A DNA stretch of 64,000 bases, taken from Planctomycetes bacterium UBA1146 (lineage in GTDB: Bacteria; Planctomycetota; UBA8108; UBA1146). The notes under the pieces were generated by a model that saw only the letters and a program-made list of their open reading frames with translations, was not told the DNA's origin and did not search any database. The stretch covers positions 14,532 through 78,531 of the forward strand of contig DCAA01000006.1 in the NCBI GenBank assembly GCA_002311345.1. The letters run 5' to 3'. Shown here in pieces: positions 34,901 to 43,257 of this stretch. How positions within the stretch are numbered: the stretch's first letter is position 1; every line of letters begins with the position of its first letter. A program made the translations under genes and the position numbers.

Positions 34901-36993
34901 AAGAACCTCTCGGTCTCGGGGAGCACCAGATCGGAGCGTTCCAGTCGAAGCTCCACGGTCCGGCGTAGAGCTTCCTGCTGGGGCGAGTCGCCGGACAGGT
35001 CCAGCGACTGTCGTGGATAGTGTCCCGTTAACACGCTGGTCCAGAGATCGTGTTTCGCCGTCTCGGAAGGCACCAGGATTCGCACATCGACGCCTGATCT
35101 GGTCAGTATTGCCCCGTCGAGAGGCTGCATCTCACGTGAGCTAGCTCCGATCCCCTGGACCGATTGAAGCACCCCCTCCGGGCTGTACGAAATAATCGCG
35201 TCGCCCGAGCTGACCCACCAGCCGCCCCCTGCAGCAGCGATCACGTCTGCGATCTCTCCAGAAAGCGGTGCGGGCAGTGCACTTCGCCACAGGAATCGCG
35301 GTGAATCATCGCTACCACAACTCCAGCAAACTAGTTCTGATCCCTCGATCACCACCAGAGAATCTCCCGTCGAAGAGAGGCACCATCGACGCGCAGAGCG
35401 AGTGGGGATGGTTTCCAGGATCTGGCCATTGCGCGCATCGAGGATGGAGATTCCCGGGGCTCCGGGGGGCAAGGCGAAGAGCCGGAAACCGCTTCTACGC
35501 AGCAACTGGCCACTGGCAGGGTTTTGCATCAAGTGGTTGCGAAGGCCAAAACTGCTCGGACTGTTCAGATCCTGCATCCACTCCACCGCGCCATCCGAGG
35601 TGCGCAGGCTGATGACGGTTCCACGACCGCTCGACCAGTGGATTCGACCGGTTCCGGCCACCGGAGTTGCCGGCGAGGACCGCAGTGCCAGCCACGTGGA
35701 ACCGGTCGTTTCTCCCAGATGGCGAACCCAAAGGACTCTACCCCGCTCGTCGATGTGACTCGCGAAAGCCTCGACACGATCCCCCTCACTCGCGACCGCC
35801 ACGACAACGATGCCGCCCGGAACCTTACACGGGGAAGAAAGGGCCCGGATCGCTTGAGGCGTCTCTTCGGGTCCGAGGATGGCGTCGAGATCGACCTGCC
35901 ACAGTTGCTGACCGGTAGATCCATCGAGTGCCTCGATGCGGTCGGTGAGGCTCGCGATGATCATCGATCCACGTCGAACCGGACGAAGGATGGTTCGAGG
36001 AAGTGGATTCCTGTGCTGCTGGGGGAGAACCCGTCTCCAGATCTCCTCGGCGCTGGCGAGATCTATCGCACGGATCTCACCAGGAAACTGGATCCACACC
36101 CGTGAATCATCGGAGACAGCTCCGACACGCCCCTGGGCGAATTGCCACGGGGCCTCGAATCGATCAGATTCGCCGAGGCCAGCCTCGCAGTCGATGGGAA
36201 TCAGCACCTCGTCTTCATCGATGGGGGGGCCGACGGCTGTGGTTGCCATGGAAGACGATTCGACACCGGGATTCTCGATCCAGCGCAGTTCGACGGATCG
36301 TTGCCAGCTGTGGAGATCACCGCGTTCGAGTGCAGATTCTGCCAGAGACCTGGCCAGAGGCGCAGGAATTACTCCGATCGGAAGGTCCATCAGCAAGCAG
36401 GTACGTCGACGATCCGCACCAGCATCAAGACCCGGCACAGGAGTTTCAGGGATGCGAGGCAAGGTGCGCAAACGGATCTCGTCGATCACTCGATCCCGAA
36501 GCGGCACCTTCAGTTGTGCGACCGTTCCCCGCAGATAGACACCGGCACCGACATGGAGTCCTCCTCCCACCGGAGTACTCCCGCCCGGATCCCCGTCGAC
36601 GAGTCGTTCGGCGAGGGCCGCCAGGGAATCGAGGATTTGTGCCTCGACCCCGGTTTCCAGGCTCTCCTCGATGCGCCGCACCAGAGGAGTGAGTTCGTTG
36701 CTACTGGCCGGGATCCACACCGGATCGGCCGCCCACACCGGTGTGATGGTCAGAGTCATCGATGCGCAAACCAGCAGTGCGCAGAGTAGCCTCACGGAGA
36801 TGCCGCGAGGCAGCAGCGAGAAGATGCTGCGAAGGTGTCGCGAGTTCGGGTCTGACGGTCTCATCAGAAGGCCTCCTGGAGTTTCTCCGGGGTCCCTCTG
36901 CTTGTAAGAGATGTGTCCCTCTGGCTCAACCAGTGGTGGCGGAAGAGCGGCTGCCGATGGAGCCCAGAAGGGCCGCTGCTGCGTCTGCAACAC
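31984..36993 (-). CDS. Giant secreted protein (~1630-1670 aa) with PQQ-like β-propeller repeats, TPR segments and a C-terminal CBM9-like domain.
   Basis: Several PQQ-type blade motifs (GQQLWQVDL, GAVEWMQDL, DGVLLWRTDL, DGVVAWSHRI, GQRLWTQP, GETLWTTDL, GKVGWQRHL). The C-terminus resembles a family-9 carbohydrate-binding domain (VAPIIDGSLDEPWNATRGIPL...FLGWSEEGLHIAVDIDDD). The likely true start is the internal MRPSDPNSRHLRSIFSLLPRGISVRLLCALLVCASMTLTITPVWA at 36864, which has a signal peptide and removes the overlap with the response-regulator gene. Confidence 0.6.
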   Translation of the reverse strand: MLQTQQRPFWAPSAAALPPPLVEPEGHISYKQRDPGETPGGLLMRPSDPNSRHLRSIFSLLPRGISVRLLCALLVCASMTLTITPVWAADPVWIPASSNELTPLVRRIEESLETGVEAQILDSLAALAERLVDGDPGGSTPVGGGLHVGAGVYLRGTVAQLKVPLRDRVIDEIRLRTLPRIPETPVPGLDAGADRRRTCLLMDLPIGVIPAPLARSLAESALERGDLHSWQRSVELRWIENPGVESSSMATTAVGPPIDEDEVLIPIDCEAGLGESDRFEAPWQFAQGRVGAVSDDSRVWIQFPGEIRAIDLASAEEIWRRVLPQQHRNPLPRTILRPVRRGSMIIASLTDRIEALDGSTGQQLWQVDLDAILGPEETPQAIRALSSPCKVPGGIVVVAVASEGDRVEAFASHIDERGRVLWVRHLGETTGSTWLALRSSPATPVAGTGRIHWSSGRGTVISLRTSDGAVEWMQDLNSPSSFGLRNHLMQNPASGQLLRRSGFRLFALPPGAPGISILDARNGQILETIPTRSARRWCLSSTGDSLVVIEGSELVCWSCGSDDSPRFLWRSALPAPLSGEIADVIAAAGGGWWVSSGDAIISYSPEGVLQSVQGIGASSREMQPLDGAILTRSGVDVRILVPSETAKHDLWTSVLTGHYPRQSLDLSGDSPQQEALRRTVELRLERSDLVLPETERFLLESALIGAESHPPDRIASGWQRAVHSLRAGALGCATLICTRMLDESPRLLATTLVESRNNSWVPAEAAFTHLLLELDRAAGGPQRVAQREVRAVAEARELADFPSPARWQTLALMRPGCATGRNARLEAAEAYYRIGDLDRCLHQIDLLIVREPDSDEAVIGKLRRCEVLREQGRLRQAIDQIEQLNRSDGDRPMTRIIDGIERTVTLGERLQQLRNEITKLPEVRRNHPGLPLHRAWSGRLELGQTRSSEIWPLSGNEHFEDDSRVLILTSSSAQLLDSRDGVLLWRTDLNRDPIEIRGSIILSRRDLPSAPVHIDDTGLIFHDRTKIWRLQLEDGVVAWSHRIRSDDDLPDQEIRIAQSCAGAGTLITVTEDQRIIAFDARSGQRLWTQPRRGALLDDPVIRDERLLIGYAIPDMVELRSMEDGEILQQLKLEEAAASLASTPVLVPGGFIVALEGGNVSRYSDDGETLWTTDLPHIISQMHPSPSEDQLVCELYWRADRPTLLGLDMKTGKVGWQRHLSEERRRITALQIDADELLLVCGDFQKRTILKLRSTLGLSLLAIPEAELEWTHQLAPAYDSVNLQPRGDWVVVADRLRGEVTILDRSTGTPLTSRQGIQEVTDHIKPLGRLHHASVVGDTLFTVSSRGAAGFRSVTARKREITAWKSLQESTNWKDEAVRLLDLQESHKAIDLIERTILDLNMDPLQRATASWMLEGAARQQALEARKDHQIARMQVAPIIDGSLDEPWNATRGIPLERPRFIRGLQGPGEPRIPWQDRADLSGRVFLGWSEEGLHIAVDIDDDNTTSHDRDAKRWIGDCLILVLDTKGDGGVRPRSDDQVLTLAFVPPRPQPVPEEGETDESGEDPPPFRDEDEDGPEGEHIVVRKADGTGAVYEMTIPWKGIAEQRGEDDFVPWPGMRMRIGIAVTDDDTGSGATKYLALTPGMVLHRDLDRIWEGCCPDLMLPVRLDR

Positions 36994-37858
36994 AGCGCAA
37001 GTAGGTCAGTGGGGGCATTCCAGGAATCTCGGCGTGATCGGCATCGATCACGAAGAGGCCTTCTAGTCGCCCCAGCCAGAAGAGAGGAAGAACCACTGCT
37101 GCCTCCTTCTCGGGCAACAGATCGGGAAAATCTGCCTCTCGCCATCGTTCTCCTGGATCGGTGAATCGACCCACTGGCAAGGAAAAATGTTCGGCCGGAA
37201 GTTGTGTCGAGCTGGAAGAACATGGGATCAGCAGCTGATCCTTGCGCACGAATAGAAGTGCACGGCAGCCGGTCGGAATGGTAGAGAAGATCAGATCCTG
37301 CAGTTGATCCTCCGTGGCGGATGCGATCTTTCGAAGCAATTGATCGACCGGGAATCCAGCTTCGGTGGCGCGGCGTTCTCTTTGTTGAGCCTCCAACCGG
37401 TGCAGGGTTAGTTGCAATTCTCTCTGCAGGTCTCGGTTTGTCTGGCGCAACTTCCGCCGTTCGGCTGCGCGAAGAAGCACTTCGAGGAGATCCTTCTGCA
37501 GGTCCACGATCGGCTTTTCGATGTAGGAGTAGGCTCCCAGCCTCATTGCGGCCAGCGCACTCTCGAGCGTTGCCGCTCCAGTTGCCATCACAACCTCGAC
37601 TTCGGGTGCGATCTTCTTGAACTCCCGCAACACGTCGAGTCCGTCGATCCGGGGCATCCTCAGATCTACCAGTGCAACATCGGGTTCGCGTTGGTGCAGC
37701 ATCGCCAGCCCCTCCTCGCCACCGCTTGCCGACCTGACTTGAATTCCTTCCGATTCGAGAAATAGTTGCACGCTTTCTCTGACGAAGGGGTCGTCATCGA
37801 TGATGAGGATTTCCAGTTCTGTGGCCGAGCCTGGGTTCATCGGGATTGTCCCTGCCAC
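36926..37858 (-). CDS. Response regulator with a REC receiver domain and a C-terminal GAF-like domain.
   Basis: Receiver motifs (ILIIDDDPFVRESV..., phospho-acceptor VALVDLRMPRIDGLDV, T/K region VVMATGAATLESALAAMRLGAYSYIEKP). The C-terminal ~170 aa are uncharacterised. It overlaps the kinase gene by 22 nt. Confidence 0.75.
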   Translation of the reverse strand: MAGTIPMNPGSATELEILIIDDDPFVRESVQLFLESEGIQVRSASGGEEGLAMLHQREPDVALVDLRMPRIDGLDVLREFKKIAPEVEVVMATGAATLESALAAMRLGAYSYIEKPIVDLQKDLLEVLLRAAERRKLRQTNRDLQRELQLTLHRLEAQQRERRATEAGFPVDQLLRKIASATEDQLQDLIFSTIPTGCRALLFVRKDQLLIPCSSSSTQLPAEHFSLPVGRFTDPGERWREADFPDLLPEKEAAVVLPLFWLGRLEGLFVIDADHAEIPGMPPLTYLRCVADAAAALLGSIGSRSSATTG

Positions 37859-39603
37859 ATCGAAGAGACATCGAGTGGATCGAGTTCCTCGCTGCCGAGT
37901 CGAGCCATGGAGTCGGGCAGTCTTAGGCGGAAGGTCGTTCCGCTCCCGGGGGAGGTGGTCAGTTCGATTTCTCCACCGGCACCATCGATAATCCTTTGTA
38001 CGACGAAGAGCCCGAGTCCACTGCCCCTGTCGGCGTCCTTGGTGGTGTATAGCGGTTCGAAGGCGCGTTGGGCGACCTCTGGATCCATCCCGGGACCATC
38101 GTCGATGACTTCCAGTTCGATTCCGCCATCGGGATTTTTTTTGCTCCGGATGGTTAATTTCGATCCGGTTCCAGACTCACGGACTGCATCTGCGGAATTG
38201 AGGATCAGGTTCATGATCACCTGTTGTAGTGCCGTGGCATCTCCCGACAGATGGAGCCCTTCTTCGATCTCGAGTACCGTCTCGAGACCAGCATCTCTGA
38301 GACGTGCTTCACAGATCGCCAGCGTTCTCTCGATGGCATCGGAGACGCAGAAAGGCGCCTCTCCACCGGGATGGAAGGGACGAGTCCGTGCAAACGCGAG
38401 CAGGTTTCTGCACAGTGCGCGGCAGAAATCTGCGGCATCATGAGCGCGCTTCAACATATCCTTGGTGCGGGATCCTTGCTCTTCTTTATCGATTTCTCGC
38501 TGAGCCAGTTGTAGGAATCCGATCACTGATGCGAGTGGATTGTTCAGATCATGGGCGAAGCCACTGGCGAGCCTTCCGATGGCAACCATCTTCTCCTGGC
38601 GCGACAGTTGTTCGCGGCTGGCGAGCAGTTCTTCATGTGCACTGCGCAGTTCCTCGAAGAGCCGAGTATTCTGGAGATCGACCGCCAGTTGTGCAGTTAC
38701 CGCGGCGACCCAGTTCAGTTCCTCGACCTGGAACGGCTCGGTTCCGAAGCCTCTTTCCAGATAGAGGACCGTGGCGTTCTCTCCTCGGCCGGCCAGCGGA
38801 AGCGCCAGTGCCGAGATCGCCTGTTTTCGACGCAAGCATACGCTTGCTTCGAAAGATTCTCCGACCTGAGAAGAGATGAGTCCCTCACGGCGTCGTCTCG
38901 CTGCGTCGATGAGGGTGCGACTGGGGTCGAGGTCTTCCAGATCGATCATCTCATTGTCGCGTTGACCCACGGCATGGGGACCTGTTTCGTCATCCCAGCG
39001 GATCCAACCCCAGGCCTCGAAGTGAACCCCTGTCCCGATCACGGCAACCACCTGACTCACCAGTTCTTCTGCTGGCAAGTCCGACTGGGCGAGCATGCCC
39101 ACCTCGAACAGAGCTTCCTGAAGGCTCTTCTTGACCTGGGTTGGGGGCGCATTCTCCCGAAGTCGTTTTTGCAGGCTCTCCGGATCGATCTTCAACGAAA
39201 AAGTACTGAGATGCTCCTGCACCGCGTGGACTGCGATACGACAGTCGCCGATACCGATCACATCTCCGGGTTCGAGGATGGTCCGGTCGACGATCTCGTC
39301 ATTGAGAAGGGTCCCGTTGCGGCTGCCACCGTCACGTAGCAACCAGGAATCATCTCCGAGAGGGATCACTTCGGCGTGATGACGAGAAGCTCGTGTGTCA
39401 TCAACGATGAGGTCATTGGTCGGATCACGACCGATACGAACCGGATCGTTTCCGAGTACGAAGCGTTGCCCACGACCTGGTCCCTCGACGATGATGAGGT
39501 GCACTTGAATCCTTCCGGGACCTCTCTGGAGAGACAGAGGGGTTCCGAGAAGATTACGATGATGCCTCAGATGGAGCCGACGGGGCCGCAGGAAGTGGCT
39601 CAA
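37837..39603 (-). CDS. Sensor histidine kinase with FHA, GAF, HisKA and HATPase_c domains.
   Basis: N-terminal FHA (GQRFVLGNDPVRIGRDPTNDLIVDDTRASRHHAEV...SRNGTLLNDEIV), a central GAF-like region, the H-box (AIGRLASGFAHDLNNPL), and N/G boxes (LNSADAV..., IDDGPGM..., GSGLGLFVV). Confidence 0.8.
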   Translation of the reverse strand: MSHFLRPRRLHLRHHRNLLGTPLSLQRGPGRIQVHLIIVEGPGRGQRFVLGNDPVRIGRDPTNDLIVDDTRASRHHAEVIPLGDDSWLLRDGGSRNGTLLNDEIVDRTILEPGDVIGIGDCRIAVHAVQEHLSTFSLKIDPESLQKRLRENAPPTQVKKSLQEALFEVGMLAQSDLPAEELVSQVVAVIGTGVHFEAWGWIRWDDETGPHAVGQRDNEMIDLEDLDPSRTLIDAARRRREGLISSQVGESFEASVCLRRKQAISALALPLAGRGENATVLYLERGFGTEPFQVEELNWVAAVTAQLAVDLQNTRLFEELRSAHEELLASREQLSRQEKMVAIGRLASGFAHDLNNPLASVIGFLQLAQREIDKEEQGSRTKDMLKRAHDAADFCRALCRNLLAFARTRPFHPGGEAPFCVSDAIERTLAICEARLRDAGLETVLEIEEGLHLSGDATALQQVIMNLILNSADAVRESGTGSKLTIRSKKNPDGGIELEVIDDGPGMDPEVAQRAFEPLYTTKDADRGSGLGLFVVQRIIDGAGGEIELTTSPGSGTTFRLRLPDSMARLGSEELDPLDVSSMWQGQSR

Positions 39604-39637
39604 ACGGCGCTTCTCGACGATACCGCGAATTTTCGAG

Positions 39638-40597
39638 TTACTGCAGGACCGACTTCAATTGCGCCTGAAGACGAGGGATCACCTCGAACAGGTCTCCGAC
39701 CACCCCGTAGGTAGCCACTTTGAAGATGGGTGCGTTCGGATCCTTGTTGATGGCGACGATCGTTCTCGAGGAGGACATCCCGGCCAGATGCTGGATTGCA
39801 CCCGAGATGCCCACAGCGATGTAGAGTTTGGGACTGACCGTTTTGCCCGTCTGGCCAACTTGATCAGAATGAGGACGCCAGCCCGCATCGACGACTGCTC
39901 GTGAAGCTCCGACCGCCGCCTGGAGCAACTCGGCGAGTTCCTCGAGCAGGACGAAGTTGGCGGGATCCTTGAGACCTCTTCCTCCTGAGACGATGATCTC
40001 TGCTTCAGCCAGGTCTATCTTTCCGACAGTTCCTCGTTTGAAACCTGTGCGTCGAACGGATGACCCGGTGGTGGCAGCCTGTTCGATCACGGTTGCGGCT
40101 TCTCGCTCGAGTCGCTCTCCGTAGTTGGGACGAATTGAAACCAGGGCTGGAAACTGACAAATCTTCTGCTGCATCAACGCCTTACCGGCATAGATGGGAC
40201 GCTCGATCTCGATGACGTCTTCTCGCCTGGTGATGGAGGTGCAATCTGCGGCCACCGAGGTACCCAGGGTTCCGGCGGTCAGAGCGATGACTTCCTTGCC
40301 CGTCGAGGTTGCGGCGCAGATGACCATGTCTGCCGATTCCTCGCGGAAGATGGCAACCAGTTCATCGGCGATGCCATCGGCGATTGCATCGTTGAGGGAC
40401 TCTCCATCTCGGATGATGATTCGATGGGCACCTGCAGTGCTTGCCGAGTGCGCCGCTTTGGCACCGGAGGGTCCGCAGATGACCCCGATAACCTCGCCAG
40501 ATCCGGACTCGGCGAGATTCCTTGCGCTCCCGAGTGCCTCGAGGCTAGGAGCCTTGATCTGACCGTTTCGTGCTTCTATCCACACGATGATCTTCAT
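39638..40597 (-). CDS. etfA: Electron transfer flavoprotein alpha subunit.
   Basis: EtfA FAD-binding C-terminal signature ([37 protein letters not shown]). 319 aa. Confidence 0.85.
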   Translation of the reverse strand: MKIIVWIEARNGQIKAPSLEALGSARNLAESGSGEVIGVICGPSGAKAAHSASTAGAHRIIIRDGESLNDAIADGIADELVAIFREESADMVICAATSTGKEVIALTAGTLGTSVAADCTSITRREDVIEIERPIYAGKALMQQKICQFPALVSIRPNYGERLEREAATVIEQAATTGSSVRRTGFKRGTVGKIDLAEAEIIVSGGRGLKDPANFVLLEELAELLQAAVGASRAVVDAGWRPHSDQVGQTGKTVSPKLYIAVGISGAIQHLAGMSSSRTIVAINKDPNAPIFKVATYGVVGDLFEVIPRLQAQLKSVLQ

Positions 40598-40618
40598 GCG
40601 CTTCCTTCCGGATTCACC

Positions 40619-41368
40619 CTAGATGACCTTGGCTTCTTCGCGCAGTAGGCGGATCAATTCGTCCACGGCTTCGGGACCCTCCCCGACGATCCGGCCTTCG
40701 GGTCTCGGCGCAGGAGTAGTGACCGCTACCGTTTCGAAAGAGGGCTCGCCGGTTTGTGGTGTGACTTTCTCTATCGGTTTCTTCTTTGCCTGCATGATGT
40801 CCTTGAGTTTCGGATAGCGAGGTTCGTTGAGGCTCTTTTCAGCTCCGACGATGATCGGCAATGGCCCTTCGATGGTTTCACGTCCACCCTCGATATCTCT
40901 TTCGATGCGAACTTGTTGCTCTGAGACCTCGATTGCGGCGATATCGTTGACGAAGGGCCGACCCAGAAGTCTTGCCACCAGTGCTCCCACCTGAGCACCC
41001 TGAGAATCTACCGCCTGTTTTCCGAACAGAACTATGTCGTCGGCTCTATCTGCGAGAATCGCCACCAGAGAGCGTGCGGTCTGGATCGGATCGAGTGGTT
41101 CGTCGCAGACCGCCAGAATTCCATCGTCAACACCCATGCCAAGAGCCTGGCGTAGTTCCTTACTGGCCCCTTCAGGCCCGACGGTGATCGCCGTGACAGT
41201 ACCTTCTCCCGCGCGTTCGCGAATACGTAAGCCCTCTTCGATGGCGTACTCGTCGTATGGGCTGATCACCCACTGGACCTCTGATGTATCGACAGATTTC
41301 CCATCGGCAGCAAAGGTCAGTCGGGTCGCGGTATCCGGTACCCTTTTCATGCAAACGGCGATCTTCAT
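40619..41368 (-). CDS. etfB: Electron transfer flavoprotein beta subunit.
   Basis: The start is taken at internal MKIAVCMKRVPDTATRL, the canonical EtfB N-terminus; the track ORF carries 55 extra residues upstream. 249 aa. Confidence 0.8.
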   Translation of the reverse strand: MKIAVCMKRVPDTATRLTFAADGKSVDTSEVQWVISPYDEYAIEEGLRIRERAGEGTVTAITVGPEGASKELRQALGMGVDDGILAVCDEPLDPIQTARSLVAILADRADDIVLFGKQAVDSQGAQVGALVARLLGRPFVNDIAAIEVSEQQVRIERDIEGGRETIEGPLPIIVGAEKSLNEPRYPKLKDIMQAKKKPIEKVTPQTGEPSFETVAVTTPAPRPEGRIVGEGPEAVDELIRLLREEAKVI

Positions 41369-41426
41369 CGTCGGAGTCCTCCTCGCCAGCAGTGGCTGGC
41401 ATGCTGGAACAGGTTCCTGAGTTTCA

Positions 41427-42521
41427 TCAACCAGGGAGAGTGTCTCTCTGGCAAGCAGTTCCATCCAGCGAGTCGGTGAAGATCCGTGTGGAGATTGGAT
41501 CAGAGATTCGCTGGTGGAGGCCCCGGGGGTCAAAATTCATCGCCTCGATGATGCGTGCAAGATCCCCAGTGGGGTTGCATCGCAACCTTTGTGGAAGATT
41601 CCAGATCGGATGGGGGAATCGTAACTGAAAGCTGTGCAGAAAAGCTCTCCGAGGGTGAGGGATGCCGGCTGGAAGGACACCGCCGCGGTCTCTTAGCGAT
41701 TGTTCCGTCTGACCGTAACCATGATCTCCAAGAATCGGGAAGCCTGCGACCTGCAAGTGGACCCGGATCTGATTCTGCCTTCCGGTGATAGGACGACAGT
41801 GAAGGATGGAAATCCCATCCCGGCTGCCGAGCAACCGGAACAAGGTCCGGGAGGGTTTCCCTTGCTCATCATCGGCTCGTGCGAGTCGGTGGTCGGTGTC
41901 TCTACTCCGGTCGAGATGGGCAGCGATTCCCGCATCGATTTCAAAGTGATCGTGATCAGGAATCCCTTCGACGATGGCGATATAAGATTTCTGCACCCGA
42001 TTTTCCTCGAAGGAATCCTGGAGTTGTCGGCGCGCTCGTAGGGTCTTCGCCAGCAGTAGTAGCCCCGAGGTGTCGCGATCAAGACGGTGGCAGAGCATCG
42101 GTGTGATCTTTTGAATGCTGCAGTCGTTCAACTTTCTCCAGTGGCGGTGCAGTCCATCCACCACCGTACCAACATGTGTTCGCCCGACTGGATGAACGAG
42201 CATTCCGGCAGGTTTGTCGACTGCAACGATCCAGGGATCTTCGATGATGACGGGTAATTTCGGCGGCATCTCGTCATCTTCGACCCCGGAATCGAGCAGC
42301 ACCTCGATCTCATCGCCGCTTGCGACTTTTGCAGAGGGCTTGACGAGATCACCGTTGAGAAGAACTCGTTGCTGCGCGATCAACTTCTGGATCTTGCTGC
42401 GGGAACTCCAGCCGAGCCGCTGCTGTAGCCACAGATCGAGACGGATCCTCTGGTGCTGTCGAACCTCGAAGGAGGCGGATCCGGCTGGCCTGGACAGATC
42501 TCGTCCTGGAGTGAGCACCAT
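41427..42521 (-). CDS. RluA-family 23S rRNA pseudouridine synthase (RluD/RluC-like) with an S4 domain.
   Basis: The S4 RNA-binding N-terminus (QRIRLDLWLQQRLGWSSRSKIQKLIAQQRVLLNGDLV) and catalytic motif HRLDRDTSGLLLLAK. Confidence 0.8.
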   Translation of the reverse strand: MVLTPGRDLSRPAGSASFEVRQHQRIRLDLWLQQRLGWSSRSKIQKLIAQQRVLLNGDLVKPSAKVASGDEIEVLLDSGVEDDEMPPKLPVIIEDPWIVAVDKPAGMLVHPVGRTHVGTVVDGLHRHWRKLNDCSIQKITPMLCHRLDRDTSGLLLLAKTLRARRQLQDSFEENRVQKSYIAIVEGIPDHDHFEIDAGIAAHLDRSRDTDHRLARADDEQGKPSRTLFRLLGSRDGISILHCRPITGRQNQIRVHLQVAGFPILGDHGYGQTEQSLRDRGGVLPAGIPHPRRAFLHSFQLRFPHPIWNLPQRLRCNPTGDLARIIEAMNFDPRGLHQRISDPISTRIFTDSLDGTACQRDTLPG

Positions 42522-42670
42522 GATCTACCCTTCTCGCACCGTTTCCATCCAGGATGCCGTCTGAAACACCATGGCTCGGATGGGCACCTGCAGTATCGAG
42601 GAACCTCTAAGGAGTGTCGCCCGGCCATTCTAGAGCAAGAGAGCGCCTCCATCTGCGAATTCGGGCTCCC

Positions 42671-42699
42671 TTGACCCCCCGTGGACTGCTCCCTAACAT
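42671..42699 (+). promoter_or_regulatory. Candidate sigma70-type promoter for accB-accC: TTGACC, 17-nt spacer, TAACAT.
   Basis: Read directly in the rluA/accB divergent region: -35 at 42671-42676, -10 at 42694-42699, ~70 nt upstream of the accB ATG at 42771. Confidence 0.35.
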
Positions 42700-42770
42700 C
42701 CGCTATCGGGGCAAGGTGCCCCTTCTCAGAGTCCGGATCCCCTCGGGGAAGGACTCCCAGTTGTGACCGG

Positions 42771-43241
42771 ATGGATCCCGTGGAAACTGCTCGCCTCAAG
42801 GAACTGATCGAACTGATGGACCGCAACCAGCTCGAGGAGCTGGAAGTGGTCGAGGGGGATACCCGCATCCGTCTGCGTAAGAAGCCGGAGCGCTCCGCGG
42901 AAGTGGTATCGATGACCACGATCCCGGCGATGTCGGTTCCCGGCGCCGTTCCCGTCGATGCAGCTGCCTCTGCGGGTAAGTCCGATCCGGAGCCGGTGCT
43001 GGATGAATCCAATATGGTACGGTCCCCGATGGTAGGTACTTTTTATCGGTCCCCTGGTCCCGGAGTCGAGGCGTTCGTCGAGACCGGAGATCAAGTCGAG
43101 GAAGGACAGGTCCTCTGTATCGTCGAGGCGATGAAGGTGATGAACGAGGTGAAAGCAGATCGTTCAGGAACCATCGCTTCTGTTCTCATCGATGACGGTA
43201 GTCCTGTGGAGTTCGGTCAACTTCTCTTCAGTTTCTCTTGA
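42771..43241 (+). CDS. accB: Biotin carboxyl carrier protein of acetyl-CoA carboxylase.
   Basis: Biotinyl-lysine motif EAMKVMNEV. The N-terminus [26 protein letters not shown] matches AccB; the track ORF begins at 42681. Confidence 0.85.
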   Translation: MDPVETARLKELIELMDRNQLEELEVVEGDTRIRLRKKPERSAEVVSMTTIPAMSVPGAVPVDAAASAGKSDPEPVLDESNMVRSPMVGTFYRSPGPGVEAFVETGDQVEEGQVLCIVEAMKVMNEVKADRSGTIASVLIDDGSPVEFGQLLFSFS

Positions 43242-43257
43242 GGAGCGAGTCAATTCG

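Noticed and set aside
38551-39339. Plus-strand 262-aa ORF and neighbouring antisense ORFs inside the histidine-kinase gene.
   Set aside because: The kinase ORF on the opposite strand carries unambiguous FHA, H-box and N/G-box motifs. The antisense ORFs are frame artefacts of high GC.
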